NCBI RefSeq assembly: GCF_006345805.1
Contig: NC_043004.1
Span: forward strand, 57,412,001 to 57,476,000
DNA length: 64,000 nt
Direction: 5' to 3'
Source: Octopus sinensis
Lineage: Eukaryota
Each line of letters opens with the position of its first letter. Position 1 is the first letter of the stretch. Position numbers and translations under genes: made by a program. Of the stretch, positions 1 to 12,455 are shown one piece after another. Under the pieces are notes generated by a model, which was not told where the DNA came from, searched no databases, and was given only the letters and a program-made list of their open reading frames with translations.

Positions 1-385
1 TTTAAAGGTAAAATGATAAACACAAACTATTCAGTCGACTTTAAATTCGTGTGGTTAAACTATTAAAGAAACAAAATCATACAACAAAGACAATGTAATT
101 CTCTTTTACTAAGTCATATGCGCGTGTTCTTGTGTGTATGTGTGTGCTTACGTTCATCTAGTAAGAGAGAGAGAGACAGACAGACAGACAGGATGTGTGT
201 TTGGGGATGACTAAAGAAGAAAACAGATTTTTAACAGATAACACCAGTTTATTAACATATTGTCAATTTACATTTGCCTTCCCCTTTATGAGCAATCTAT
301 ATCCTCACAATAACACAAACACAGGCACGCACATACATGCATACATACATACGGAGAGAGCGGGAAAGAGAGAGAAATATATATG

Positions 386-387
<2 letters not shown>

Positions 388-435
<48 letters not shown>

Positions 436-441
436 AGAGAG
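388..441. repeat. (AG)n microsatellite
   Basis: Direct: near-perfect AG run. Confidence 0.95.
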
Positions 442-1063
442 ATGTATTAGTGTGGTGATGGTAGTGGTTGTAGGAATAATAGTATTTATTGTAGTAGAAA
501 AATTAGCAAAGAATTTGCATAAATATATATATACAACCCTACTCAATAATGTCCGCAATATTATTGACTACCATTTTCCATTAGACTCTGCACACAGTTA
601 TAGTAATTTCCCCTCGTTACATAATGCACAACAAACACGCATAAAACTGCACTTGTATTAATTATGAAAAACCTTGGCTCTCTCCTGACGAATATTGCCA
701 CAATTATATCTATAAATATTAGGTCTTTCCCTGATGAATCTGTCATTCTGATTTCTGTTGGCGAATCTGTATTCTATTCATTTTGATCATTTCCTCACAT
801 ATATACTTTTTTTCGTTAATAACTGAACAAATAGGCTCCTCACCATAGGTCCTTAAACAAAACTGTGATGGCATTTGCTTTGATTGCCAGCGGGGAAAAA
901 TGCAAATACATTATTCAGATTATATGGCATTATTGTAATCAACAGTAAGAGCATTACTTCATTATTCACAAATTTACTTCTGTTGAGTGCTTTTATTTTA
1001 AAGCTGATAATAGACATGTCGATTATTATTTTTTTTTATATATCCTGCGCATTATGTACTGCG

Positions 1064-1099
<36 letters not shown>

Positions 1100-2097
1100 C
1101 ATATATATTTTATGTTGTTGTCTAGCCTCAGGTCACCAAAAGGAATTAAGCCTTGAGCATCATCATCTTGTATCCAGATCTAGAAGCTATCATACACAGG
1201 TCTCCTACTCATATGGCAATATGTTGAGCTTTGAGAGCGACATAGTTTCTACTTCTGGCTGGTCGAGTAGGGACACCTTCCATTTCTGATGCTCTCATGA
1301 GTTTTCTTATACTATCGTTTGTAGAGTTGCTACAGTATACATTTTCCACAACTATAGAACTCTATTTTTAACAGTTATATTTAGATGTATCTCGTTTAAC
1401 CCAAAATACATTTTGGTCCGCTGTGAATAACTTTCGTTACAGTATAATTCATACTCTACGGAATCCATAGGTGCACAATGTCAAAAAGTACCTATGCTCG
1501 TCATCTTTCTTCCCTTTTTTTCTTCTATATTACTACTTCTGCATCCGTTTGTTTGCCTCTGTCACCTATTTGGTGGTATTCTCGCACCGTTATTACAAAA
1601 TGCTTACCTGTGTTTCACTTAATTCATGACAAGAAATAATTCATAACGTCATGTTCATTGACAAATTCATTTCTTTTTCGCCTTATGATAATAGATTGCA
1701 GAGGTTTTGGTCATACACATCGAAAGAATATTTCTCTTTTTGCTAACTTTCTCTTGTGTTTGATGTTTTGTTTATGAAATGCATGGCATCTAACTGTAAT
1801 GTGACCCCTGTTTCTACCATGAAATTTGTCTATAACAACTCGTCTCCACAACGCAACGTCCGTTTATAAGGCGGCATCTAACTTAATGAGTAATTTGAAG
1901 TCTTTGTTAGAGAAATTGTCCAACATTATGCCAAACAATTAATTGTCTGGAAACGAACTCCAGACAATTTTTTCCCTTACGTAAATATTATTGGTGGTGA
2001 GATCAAGAACTTTTCGGTGGTGGCTGGCTGGCTGTTATTTGTGAGTTTCAAGCCCATAAATTTATGTTTTCTTTTATTATTTATCGAATTGAAAGTA

Positions 2098-2310
2098 GTG
2101 AGATGACAGAACCGTTAGCACGGCGGAAACGTGCTTAGCGGCATTTCTCTTGTCTTTACATTCTGAGCACAAATCTCGCCGAGGATGATTTTGCGTTCAA
2201 TCATTTCGAGGTCGATGAAATAAGTGCCATCTAAGTACTGGAGTCGATGTAATCGACTTACACATCGCCCTCAAAAACTGCTGCCTCTCTACCAAAATAT
2301 AAAACCATTA
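2098..2310 (+). mobile_element. tRNA-derived SINE family B, decayed copy
   Basis: Matches in-window copies at 10003 and 14833 (cagaa.cgttagcacg ... gaggtcgatgaaataagt ... gtcgatgtaatcgactt). Confidence 0.75.
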
Positions 2311-2413
2311 AACTGTGTAACACGATTTTTGTCCTTGTCTAGCAACAGTTATTTCCTATTTGCTTTGTCCTCGAAAGTATGAAAGATGGCTAATACTTTT
2401 GCTTTTGTTACAT

Positions 2414-2567
2414 TTATTCAAACTCCAAAGAATCCCTCTGACCCCGTGGCTATGATGTTCCCTCACTATTCCAGCACATATTGTCAGTCACTAAGGGATA
2501 TGCTCAAGTGGTTAAGGTCAAGCAACTGAAAAGCAAATGTGTGGTATTGAGGAGAATATTTGCTATA
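2414..2567 (-). mobile_element. Fragment of unclassified repeat F (same family as 9431-9958)
   Basis: Shares ggctatgatg.tccc, gcacatattgtcag, ggttaaggtcaagcaactga with 9740-9870. Confidence 0.8.
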
Positions 2568-2923
2568 ACGACATTTCTGCTTCAGCAAATCAGTGCTGTA
2601 TTTGTGTGAAATGTAATGGAAAATATGTCAAAATATTGATGTCCAGGTCAGAAAAGCAAAATTTGTTAAGCAATAGTATGCATTCCTTTGATTCTAGATA
2701 AATGCAAATTGGAAATAATACTTACTGACCAAAGACAAATACTAATAATATTTTAATATTGTTAAAAAGTGTTTATTACTATTTAATACGTATATTTGTT
2801 GTAAACATTGAGGAAATTAATTTATAATTCATTGATGCATTTTAAAGTTATTTTATGGTTACTAAAAGTCATGTTTCATATTAATTCCTTGAATTATTCT
2901 TTATTTCTTTTTTTCTTTTACAG

Positions 2924-2994
2924 GTAAGAAATTCTCCTTGTATTGATATTTGTTGTCTCAACAAAGGCTTCTGCAGGAAACCATTGTTCTAATT
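2924..2994 (+). CDS. Candidate exon encoding a signal-peptide-like stretch (ILLVLIFVVSTKASA-GNHCSN); its acceptor is also a CAG|GTAAGA junction
   Basis: Long polypyrimidine tract + CAG at 2921-2923; donor gtatgt at 2995; hydrophobic frame with A-S-A cleavage-like motif. No ATG, and an in-frame TAA at 2925-2927 if the CAG is used. Confidence 0.35.
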
Positions 2995-3222
2995 GTATGT
3001 AAGCAAAGAGATAATTTTTTAACATTTTCGCATGTGTAAAAATATATTAATATTCGAATATATATATATATATAAAAAGAATATAAAAGAAAACTAGATA
3101 CTTAAATTAACCTGACATTCATTTCTTAATGTTTTTTTTTCTCTGTAAGCATGCTTATGTGGGGGTGGGAGTTTAATTATACACAAGGAAAATTCGTATA
3201 TATATCATATATGTCGCATATA

Positions 3223-4458
3223 CAGGAGTTGGGCAATATAATGGAAACACCTTACAGTTTCAACAAATTTATTTTAATATGGGGTAGGACCGCCTTTGGC
3301 AGTAATTACAGCTTGATTTATATGAGATATGGACACGGAAAGTTTGAATTGTTTCCAAAGGAATTTTTGTTCATTCTTCAGCTAAAACAGTCCCCAGTTC
3401 TTGTAGTGATTATGGTGGAGAATATCGACTCCTTACTTGCTTTTATAAAATGCTCCATAAATGTTCAATAATATTGAGATCAGGGGACTGTGGTGGCCAT
3501 ATAAGATGTTCGACTACACTAGAATGTTCCTCAGTAACAACTTTAGGTGTGTGAATTGGTGCGTTATCATCCTGAAACATTGCGTTTACCTCTGGAAACA
3601 GTTCTGCAACCATAGAATGAATTTGATCCAATAAAATGCTTAAATAGTCTGGACTATTAATTCTGCCAAGAAGAGAAATCTAGATGTAGCTCCCCAGATC
3701 ATCACAGTTGCTTCTCCATGTTTAACAGTTTGCAGAAGGCAGTCTGGGTCAAATGCTTCCTGTAGCTGTTTCCTCACGTGCACTTGGCCAGTGATCGGAA
3801 ATGAGGTAAAGGATGACTAGTACGAGAAAATAACCTTCTTCAACCGCTCTAGGGTCCAATTTTGTAAGTTTTTACTCCACCCTAAACGTTTCCAACGTTT
3901 GTTTTTGAAAGTAGTTGCTTTTTTATTGCAGCCCTCCCATGAGATCCAGCTTTGTGCCGCTCCCGGCGAACACTTTTTGTGGAGACTGGGTTCTCGAGGT
4001 GGTCATTAAGCTCTGCAGTAATTTGGGGAGCTATACTTTTGTGATCCTTTCTAACAATTCGCATAAGAGTCCGACGGTCTCCATCTGAAACTTTTGGTTT
4101 TTTTCCGGAGTTTTGTTTCGACAAGGAGGTTTTTCCCTCTTTCTCAAAGGCTGCAATTACTTTCAAGACAGTACTTCATGATGCATCAAACATTTGGGCT
4201 GTCTTCGTTACGCTAGCGCCTGCCATACGAACACCAACAATTTGACCCCTTTGACAGTCCAATAGATCTGTCATTTTAATGAATTTTAATGACCTTTTTC
4301 TGATAATATCTGAAAAGAAACAACAATTTTAGCAAAGCATATTAAGCAACGCAACAATAAATAAAAAACATAAAAATAAACTAGCTTTTGACGGTTTATA
4401 GATATTTCAAAATTGTTACTATGATTCTAGGTGTTTCCATTAGTTTGTTCAACTCATG
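3223..4458 (-). mobile_element. Tc1-type DNA transposon, near full length, inactive
   Basis: TIRs TA|CAGGAGTTGGGCAATATAATGGAAACACCT (3221) and reverse complement TA|CATGAGTTGAACAAACTAATGGAAACACCT (ending 4460); TA target duplication both sides. Confidence 0.92.
3274..4274 (-). pseudogene. Tc1 transposase pseudogene
   Basis: MTDLLDCQRGQIVG..., HTH region (RRTLMRIVRKDHK), FQDDNAPIHT, WPPQSPDLNIIEHLW, C-terminal AKGGPTPY*; interrupted by stops and frameshifts. Confidence 0.9.
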
Positions 4459-5789
4459 TATGTTGCCATTGGTTATGGATCGGTCAAGCATATGTCTTCG
4501 AATTTTCAAATATAATACCGTTGATAATTCTTTATGCTAAATGTTTTTTTCTCTGGTAATATTTCGGATTTTGAAATGCTTGTACATTTGTAGACGGGAT
4601 ATATATTCAATTGGTCGATTGAGTGCTTAAGTTTTAGAAGTCATCTTGTGTTCTCTCCGCGCTCTCGTATGTTGCATATCCATCGATATGTATGAACACA
4701 ACGCTAACGAAACACAAATTTTTCCATATTTCGAAGGACCTGTTATTTTGCAAAGGACTTACGTTGGGGTTTCAACCATGAAGAAAAAGATCTATTCCTT
4801 GCGAAAGAACCAAAATATTTAAAGCTATTAAATGAATCGAAAAATTCACTTAATATCCATTAAACCAGCTAACTCATAAACAATGTTCTCTGTTTACGCA
4901 AATACCGTCATAAAATTTGAGACAGTTTCCAAACAAACCAGATGTAAAAGTACGTTTGTCAGAGCAAATTGAATAAAAACGCAGCAGCTGTTCTGTATTA
5001 CTGTTTTATATACGTTTGCTTAGGTTGGGGATGGACTGCAGTTCTTGTCATTGTGGGTGTTGTTAATACATCCAGGATTAAAATTTCTACTTATTGCCGT
5101 TATATGAATTATACAGACGTAGGGAAGTGCTGCACGCACGGGCACGCATGTCTACACGCCTGCGTTGTATGTATGTAAGGTCGCTGGCGGATTTTCACCT
5201 TTTTAATATATTGATTGAATTTATGAAAGGCTACATGAGAAGATTAAAAGCGAGAACTGAATATATCTTAGTCACATGTATGTATGTAACTCTTGTTTTT
5301 GATCATTTACATTCTTCCTTTGAATTAAAATCTGGTCTCGAACGAAGATACAAAGCTCCACCATTGGAATGTAGGTAACAAAAGCAACGTCACATTTTAT
5401 ACCTGAGAAAAGTCTTGCATAGTTGTACTGTTCCGCTTACATATTGTATTCCTAATGTGCGAGTAAGTTGGTTTATTTGCTTTTATGAAAATCCAAGCTC
5501 ATCCACACCGACAGTTAGGCATATACTTATAAAATCAGGTGCTCCAATTATCATTGATATAGTGGTAAAGTATGTAGGCATGTATATATGTAGGGATGCA
5601 TGTATGCATATTTATGTATATAGGGATGTCAATTACATTTCTCGTCTAATCAGATACTAATAGCAGCCATTTTCGGGTACCAGACTTACGAGACCTTCTA
5701 CGCGAGCCCTAACATGACTGCCAAACACCAACTTAAATCAAATTTATTTCTGACCAATATATAATAATAGCAATGAAATTATTGTATAC

Positions 5790-6245
5790 AGGCTCAGGTG
5801 CACCACAACTTGTCAGAAAGTGCATATAAAGTACATGCAGTAAAGTACAAATGTCTGGAAAGCGAACAATGTATGAGTCAGATACATGCTTGCGTGTGTA
5901 TGAAGGGGAGAAAATCAGGTGTAGTGTTGGCGAATCTCAGGAAGCATGGAAGTTTTGAAGGATGCAATGCTCTGACAACTAACAACTGATGCCGGCAGTT
6001 TGTTCCATGCTTCAGCAACTCTCAGCGTGGAAAAATGTTTCCTGAAGTCATGGGAGCTGTGCTGTTTTCTGAGCTTGTAAATATGTCCATTGGTGTTAGA
6101 TAGGTGGAGTTTGAAAAGGTGCTCAGAGTTATTGTTTGTACGATGGTTGATAATTTTGCAGGTGTCTGCCAAGTCAGCTGCCAGACGTCGGAGTTTCAAT
6201 GTGTCCATGCCCAGGGAAGTAAGGCGTTCAGGATATGGCAAATGC
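5790..6245 (-). mobile_element. CR1-like LINE, 5'-truncated 3' end
   Basis: ORF 5915-6241 reads YPERLTSLGMDTLKLRRL...GHIYKLRKQHS...RKHFSTLRVAEAWNKLPASVV, the typical CR1 ORF2 C-terminus, followed by a 3' UTR. Confidence 0.85.
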
Positions 6246-7042
6246 CTGATGGAGGGTATGGAGTGTAAATATAAATCGTAATTTTCAAAAGAAGCCCAAT
6301 ATTATTTTCTCTGCTGTTGTGCATGCGTCTAAAATGGATGGACATAACTCTAATGGATATTAACAAGGCATCTACATAAGCATCTCGTGCTCGTTTTCTG
6401 GTGTGCTCTTACACTGATAACAAAACTTGCTTTCAAAAGTGTGATGCGATTACAAAGTGGACCAGTCGCATCACCTCAGCACCACCTACTACACAAAACC
6501 TAAGCATCCTGGTATTCTTGTACGTTGTGCATCAATATTTGAGAAGCGATTCGATTTTTCTGAGATTGTAATCGTGTATTTAATGTTTGAGATCACTATT
6601 TACTTTTCTTCTGTAGTAGATTTAAAAAAAAAATTATATATATATACACTGGAATTCAAGGAGTGTTAAATATACGCTGTTATGATTACAGCACACATAC
6701 ATATACATACACATGTGCATATGTAATACAGCTACATACAAGAGAATACATATATCGAGAGTGAGAGAGTGTAAGAGAGAGAGAGAGAGAAAATTGACAG
6801 AGATAGATTGATAGATTGATAGATAGATACATGCATACAGACATACATATTGACGGACAGGCGGACAGACAGACAGTGACAGAGAAAGATAAAAAGAAAC
6901 AGAAAGACAGTACACCGTGTCTTATGTGTGAGTATGTGTAAATGTGTATGAACATCTGTGTATGTGTGTGTGCGCGCGCATATGTGTGTCTGTGAAAGAC
7001 ACCAGTAATTTATTTTAGGCTGTATCAAGTCCCGCTCACGCA

Positions 7043-7160
7043 GGCACACACACACATACACACACACACATACACACATACACACACACACATACACACA
7101 CACACACACACAAACACAAACACAAACACACATACACACAAACGCACAAACACGCACACA
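7043..7160. repeat. (CA)n-rich compound microsatellite
   Basis: Direct. Confidence 0.9.
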
Positions 7161-7943
7161 TACATTCGCACAGTAGATGTGAGAAACGTTCTTAAGAACA
7201 CATGTACAAGGACACATGTACTCTCCTACCCTCTTCTCTTCGCCCTCCTTTTCTCACCCCTACAACTGCTATGGTGTACTGTTTCTGCTACTGCAACTAT
7301 TACTACTGCGACGACATCAACACTGACAAAGCAATAATGATGTTTTCACAAAATTCAAATCATTATTGATTATCCTTCCACTGTGTTTCCTGGTAGGAGG
7401 GAAAGCACTCGTGCTAATACTAAGGGAGATAAGTCAGCTAGCCTAGGAACTTCACAGTTGGAAATGATGGCTAAAAATATATTGTCCAGTTCAGATGTTG
7501 TAGGTTTGAGAAGTGGGTTTAGATGTATATGTGTATATGTGTGTGTACATTTATTGGTATATTTTATGCTGGAGAAGTGTTTGCTTTGCTCTACAGATAT
7601 TGTAGATTATTGTAGATTATTGTGAGGTTTGGTTTATTGTGGCTAGTGTGGACACGTCCAGAATTTCCCTTCATCTCATTAACGTGTGTGTGTGTGTGTG
7701 TGTGTAAGTGTGTTGAGTGTTCAGGCGTGACAGTTATTCCATGCGAAGCAGTGTAAGTGATAAGGGCCTCGAATCACTGGTCAGAAAAGTTTGACAGCTA
7801 CTTTGGCACGGAAACCTAGACACTCGCCGAGATATAAATACATGTGAGTGTGTGAATGCGTGTATATAATAGTATAAATATAATAGTATAAAGAAAAATA
7901 TATTACTCAAAGAAATTCCAACTTTGATTTTCACATTTTTGCT

Positions 7944-8427
<484 letters not shown>

Positions 8428-8482
8428 TCTTATAAATAATATAATGAAATGATAGAATATTAAATATTATATATATCTGTGC

Positions 8483-8494
<12 letters not shown>

Positions 8495-8535
<41 letters not shown>
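8495..8535. repeat. (AG)n microsatellite
   Basis: Direct. Confidence 0.95.
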
Positions 8536-8537
<2 letters not shown>

Positions 8538-8780
8538 GCAACAGTGTCAGAAGCAAACGGTGACATACATAGAGGTCATATACTGCTTACGTCCCTTTCT
8601 TCCGTGTATAAATCAAGCATCAGCTGTTTATCGATAAGTTTCCGTTCTTCTGAGATTTCTAGTTAAAAGAATTACTCTCTGTAGAACGAGGTTAATTTAA
8701 TCGATTTTTACTCCCCTAAAATATGTAACTATGCTCCCAAGCTAACCTTATCATTTATTGTTAAAGAATATTATTGAGGA

Positions 8781-8835
<55 letters not shown>

Positions 8836-8843
8836 TATTATTA
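8781..8843. repeat. (TTA)n tract at the 3' end of the Dong/R4 element
   Basis: Direct. Confidence 0.95.
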
Positions 8844-9364
8844 TATTCTTCAAATTTTCTTTCGTTTCTCGCCGAGTGTTTTCCATACACCTAGGGCAGA
8901 GAAGGGCATTGTATGCATTCCCAGATTACACGCGCAAATTCATAGATAAAATATGTATTTCAAAATTAATAAATAAATAAATTCATGGATGGATGTTATT
9001 TTCACAACGATAGTGCTCTTCTCAGTACGTGAGCCGTTCCAGTTAATACGATTTTTTGCACTTCCTGTAGGGATGGTAAACCTGGAATCATTTTCAAATA
9101 CGTTTCAGTACCTTTTTTTATCATTCTTAGAGATCCTACCATCATTGGTACTGTAGTAGTCTTGAGATGCCACATTTTTTCAATTTCCATTAGCAGGTCT
9201 TTATATTTACTAATCTTGTCAAATTCTTTCGCCGCTATATTGTGATCGCAAGGAATACTCATGTCAATTAATAAACACATCCTTTTTGTCTGATCTTTTA
9301 TAATGATATCCGGTTTATTGGCTTTTATAGTCCTGTCGGTCTGCACGGGGAAGTCCCATAGAAC
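8844..9364 (-). mobile_element. Dong/R4-clade non-LTR retrotransposon, 5'-truncated (RLE domain + 3' UTR)
   Basis: VLWDFPVQTDRTIKANKPDIIIKD...LLIDMSIP...KEFDKISKYKDL...VGSL...VQKIVLTGTAHVLR is the restriction-like endonuclease C-terminus of R4/Dong elements; stop at 9002-9004. Confidence 0.88.

Positions 9365-9430
<66 letters not shown>
9365..9430. repeat. (TTA)n tract at the 5' junction of the Dong/R4 fragment
   Basis: Direct. Confidence 0.95.
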
Positions 9431-9431
<1 letters not shown>

Positions 9432-9958
9432 GTGAGAAAACAGTGCATGCCATCAAAGTGACACTGGGGTACAAATATACGAAGCCCAGTATACTGATCC
9501 TGATTACCCGTCTGATAAGGACACACTAGGCACATGCACTATGTGCGCGACATAGTGATCTCATATCAGGATTAACAGTGCATGACCTTGCAGGTGGGGA
9601 CCAGTTAGAATTTTCTTCAGGTTGAGTAGCCCATCCCACTCAAAAGGTCAATGAATAAGGGTTGTTTAAGAATGTTGAATGAAACACCCATGTTTCCAAT
9701 GGTGAATTATTTAAACCTCCAAGAGTTACTCTCAACACATGACTATGATGCTCCCCCGGTACTTCCGCTCGTGATCAGAGATGCACATATTGTCAGCCAC
9801 CAAGTGACATACTCAACTGGTTAAGGTCAAGCAACTGACAAGAAAATCTTTGATATTGAGCAGAATTTTTGCTGTAGCCCACCTTTTATACCAAGATAAA
9901 ACAAAGTACATGATAACACTTCCAATCAGTTAAGATCGATAGCCATGATAGCCACTGC
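9431..9958 (-). mobile_element. Unclassified interspersed repeat F ending in (TAA)n
   Basis: A second partial copy lies at 2414-2567; no RT-like coding; the 3' end runs into (TAA)n on the minus strand. Confidence 0.7.
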
Positions 9959-10002
9959 TTGTTATTAACATTGTTATTGTTGCTGCTGTTGTCGCTGTTA
10001 TT

Positions 10003-10560
10003 AAGGCGGCGAGCCGGCAGAATCGTTAGCACGCCGGGCGAAATGCTTAGCGGTATTTCGTCTGCCGCTACATTTTGAGTTCAACTTCCGCTGAGGTCGA
10101 CTTTGTCTTTCATCTTTTCGGGGTCGATTAAATAAGTAACAGTTACGCACTGATTCGATGTAATCGACCTAATCCGTTTGTCTGTCCTTGTTTGTCCCCT
10201 CTGTGTTTAGTAAAGAAATAGATATTTCGTCTGCCGCTACGTTCTGAGTTCAAATTCCGCCGAGGTCAACCTTGCCTTTCATCCTTTCGGGGCCGATTAA
10301 ATAAGTACCAGTTACGAACTGGGGTTGATATAATCGACTTAATCCGTTTGTCTGTCCCTTCTATGTGTAGCCCCTTGTGGGCAGTAAAGAAATAGGCATT
10401 TCATCCATCTTTACATTCTAAATTTAAATTCTACCGAGATCGACTTTTCTTTTCATCCTTTCGAGGTCGATATATTAAGTACCAGTGAAACCCCAGGGGT
10501 GATGTAATCAACTATTCCCCCCCAAATTTCAGGCATTGTGCCTTTAATAGAAAGGATTAT
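10003..10560 (+). mobile_element. SINE family B: one full head plus two head-less tandem units
   Basis: aaggcggcgagccggcagaatcgttagcacgccgggcgaaatgcttagcgg head; GAGTTCAA(A/C)TTCC B-box; units restart at (t/c)atttc(g/a)tc at 10223 and 10397. Confidence 0.9.
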
Positions 10561-10567
10561 TATTATT

Positions 10568-10795
10568 AAGGTGGTGAGCATACAGAATCCTTTGCAGGCT
10601 GGGCGAAATGCTTAGCAGTATTTCGTTTGCTGTAACGTTCTGAGTTCAAATTCCGCCGAGGTCGACTTTGCCTTTCAACCGTTTGGGTTCGATAAATTTA
10701 GTACTAGGTTATACTGCGGTTGATGTGATCCTGCGGCTGTCTTCCTCCCCACAAAATCTTGGCCCTGTGCTTATAATAGAAAGGGTTATTATTGT
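10568..10795 (+). mobile_element. SINE family B copy
   Basis: aaggtggtgagc...gggcgaaatgcttagc...gagttcaaattccgccgaggtcgactttgcctttca. Confidence 0.88.
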
Positions 10796-10797
10796 CA

Positions 10798-10895
10798 GTG
10801 TTGTTGTTGTTGTTGTTGTTGTTGTTGCTACTGCTGCTTGCTTCTTCTTCTTCTTCTTCTTCTTCTTCTTCTTCTTCTTCTTCTTCTTCTTCTTC
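10798..10895. repeat. Compound (GTT)n-(CTT)n microsatellite
   Basis: Direct. Confidence 0.95.
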
Positions 10896-10899
10896 TACT

Positions 10900-11050
10900 G
10901 ATGCGGTGCGATGTCAGAAGCGTTAGCATGCCGAACAAAATATTTAGTGCAATTTTGAGATCTATAGAATAAGTACCAGTTGAACACTAAAGTCTATGTA
11001 ACCGACTTATCTCTCCCTTCAAAACTGCAGACCTTGTGCCAAAACATGAT
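10900..11050 (+). mobile_element. SINE family B, internally deleted copy
   Basis: cgttagcatgccgaac ... ataagtaccagttg ... gtaaccgactt ... ccttgtgccaaaa. Confidence 0.7.
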
Positions 11051-11552
11051 GTATTTATTCTAGCCATCGTTATTTTATTCCATAATCTTTAACGGTTTCA
11101 TGCGTGTTTCTACTGTACAACATGGCTCCAATCTAAGTTCCTTAATATTAGCAGCAAAATGCTCGGAAGATCTAGTATTGTGTTAGTATCATAAACCAGG
11201 TTCATTTTGTAGGTGGATTCATTTCGTTGCTTTTAGTGTTATTTCAGAGTTTATTATACCTGTTGTGTTGAATATATGTGTATTTTGTTAGGTTGCTATG
11301 CGATGTTTGTGTTCCGTGCACGGGTTAAATGTCGTATTATGTGTTTTAATATTTGACGGTGATGTATAGAGTGTCCGCTGGGGCAGGGTAGTGTTATATT
11401 ATTGGGGATCAACTGCATTTAATTTGTTTCTTGCTGGCGTTGTAGTAGAGAATGTCGATTATGTAAGAGTATGCGAAACATTATTTTCTTCGTAGAATAT
11501 GTAGGATACGCATGGGTTGTAACATACTAGTTAGTGGAAAGCAGTGATCTAA

Positions 11553-11760
11553 TACGACGTTTAGCATGCCGGACAAATTCCTTGGCGGCATTTGCTCTGT
11601 CTTTGCGTTCGGTGTTCAAAATGTCACCGAGCTCGTCTTTGCCTTTCATCCCTTTCGGGGTCAATAAAATGAGTACCAGTCGAATACTAGGGTCTTTGTA
11701 ATCGACTTGTCCTTTTCACAAGATTTCAAGCTTTCTGCCTATAGTGGAAAAGATACTTAT
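11553..11760 (+). mobile_element. SINE family B copy
   Basis: ttagcatgccggac ... tctttgcctttcatccctttcggggtcaataaaatgagtaccag ... gtaatcgactt. Confidence 0.8.
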
Positions 11761-11771
11761 GTAAAAGGATA

Positions 11772-12080
11772 AAGACCCCCCTAATGTCATGATTGAGCAT
11801 GGGGTTTCACCTAGATAGTTCCCCTCCGAGGCACAAGTCTGTGCAAGATATTTATAGAAGACCAGCAGTTGCCCATACATAGCAGCCTCTCCTCTCCACG
11901 CCACCGATGTTATCCAAGCGAAAGGCAAAGATCAATACAGCTTCGCATCAGTGACGTTGCAACGCATTTCTACAGTTGAGGGAACTGGAGCAACATGAAA
12001 TGAATTATCTTGCTCAAGAACACAACGCACATGTCAATCCAGGAATCAAACTCACTACCTCACAATTGTGAGGTCTACGG
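11772..12080 (-). mobile_element. tRNA-derived SINE family E, decayed
   Basis: Aligns by eye to 49190-49520 (gaagaccagcagt, ctccacgccacc, catttctacag.tgag.gaactggagcaac, cttgctcaagaacacaac). Confidence 0.85.
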
Positions 12081-12325
12081 TCTTGCAAATACTTTAGTTA
12101 ATTTCGTATGAACTGTATTATTGTATTAAGTAATCACTGTATACAATATGTACTGAGTGTAGTGTTCATAGAGTGTATTTTATGAATTATGATCGCTATT
12201 CTATTAAAAGTTTCTGATATAGGGGGGCATTTAACAGAGTCGTGTGTTGGTGTTTTATTTTTATATTTATCTCCATGTACTTCACACTCCAGTTATTAGC
12301 TGTATATTTTATCCTCTCATACATT

Positions 12326-12455
12326 GGTGACCCCCTTCGGTCAGACACTGACCATGGGTTTGCACCTAGAGAGTTACCCTCGGAGGCACAAGTCTGGGCA
12401 AGGTTGTTTTATGGAAGACCAGCAGTCGCCCATGCATACCGGCCTCCCCTCTCAT
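12326..12455 (-). mobile_element. SINE family E, 3' fragment
   Basis: gacccccttcggtca...gcacctaga.agttaccctc...ggaagaccagcagtcgcccatgcataccggcctcccc. Confidence 0.88.

Noticed and set aside
731-760. Additional CTGATGA motifs (731, 44675) as hammerheads
   Set aside because: No stem II, GAAA or cleavage-site helices in any strand order.
700-890. RTE LINE fragment (ANAITVLFKD/MVRS on the minus strand)
   Set aside because: Only a short, frameshifted resemblance; insufficient without a profile search.
3470-3575. Novel DD33E Tc1 catalytic spacing
   Set aside because: 33 residues separate D and E in this copy, but it is a decayed pseudogene and a small deletion is the simpler explanation; a family consensus is needed.
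6441-6474. Hairpin GTGATGCGA...TCGCATCAC as a pre-miRNA or terminator
   Set aside because: The stem is only 9-11 bp and does not extend; expected by chance in 64 kb.
10003-10560. CRISPR-like or other regularly spaced array
   Set aside because: Units are ~170-bp SINE bodies without unique spacers; eukaryotic context.
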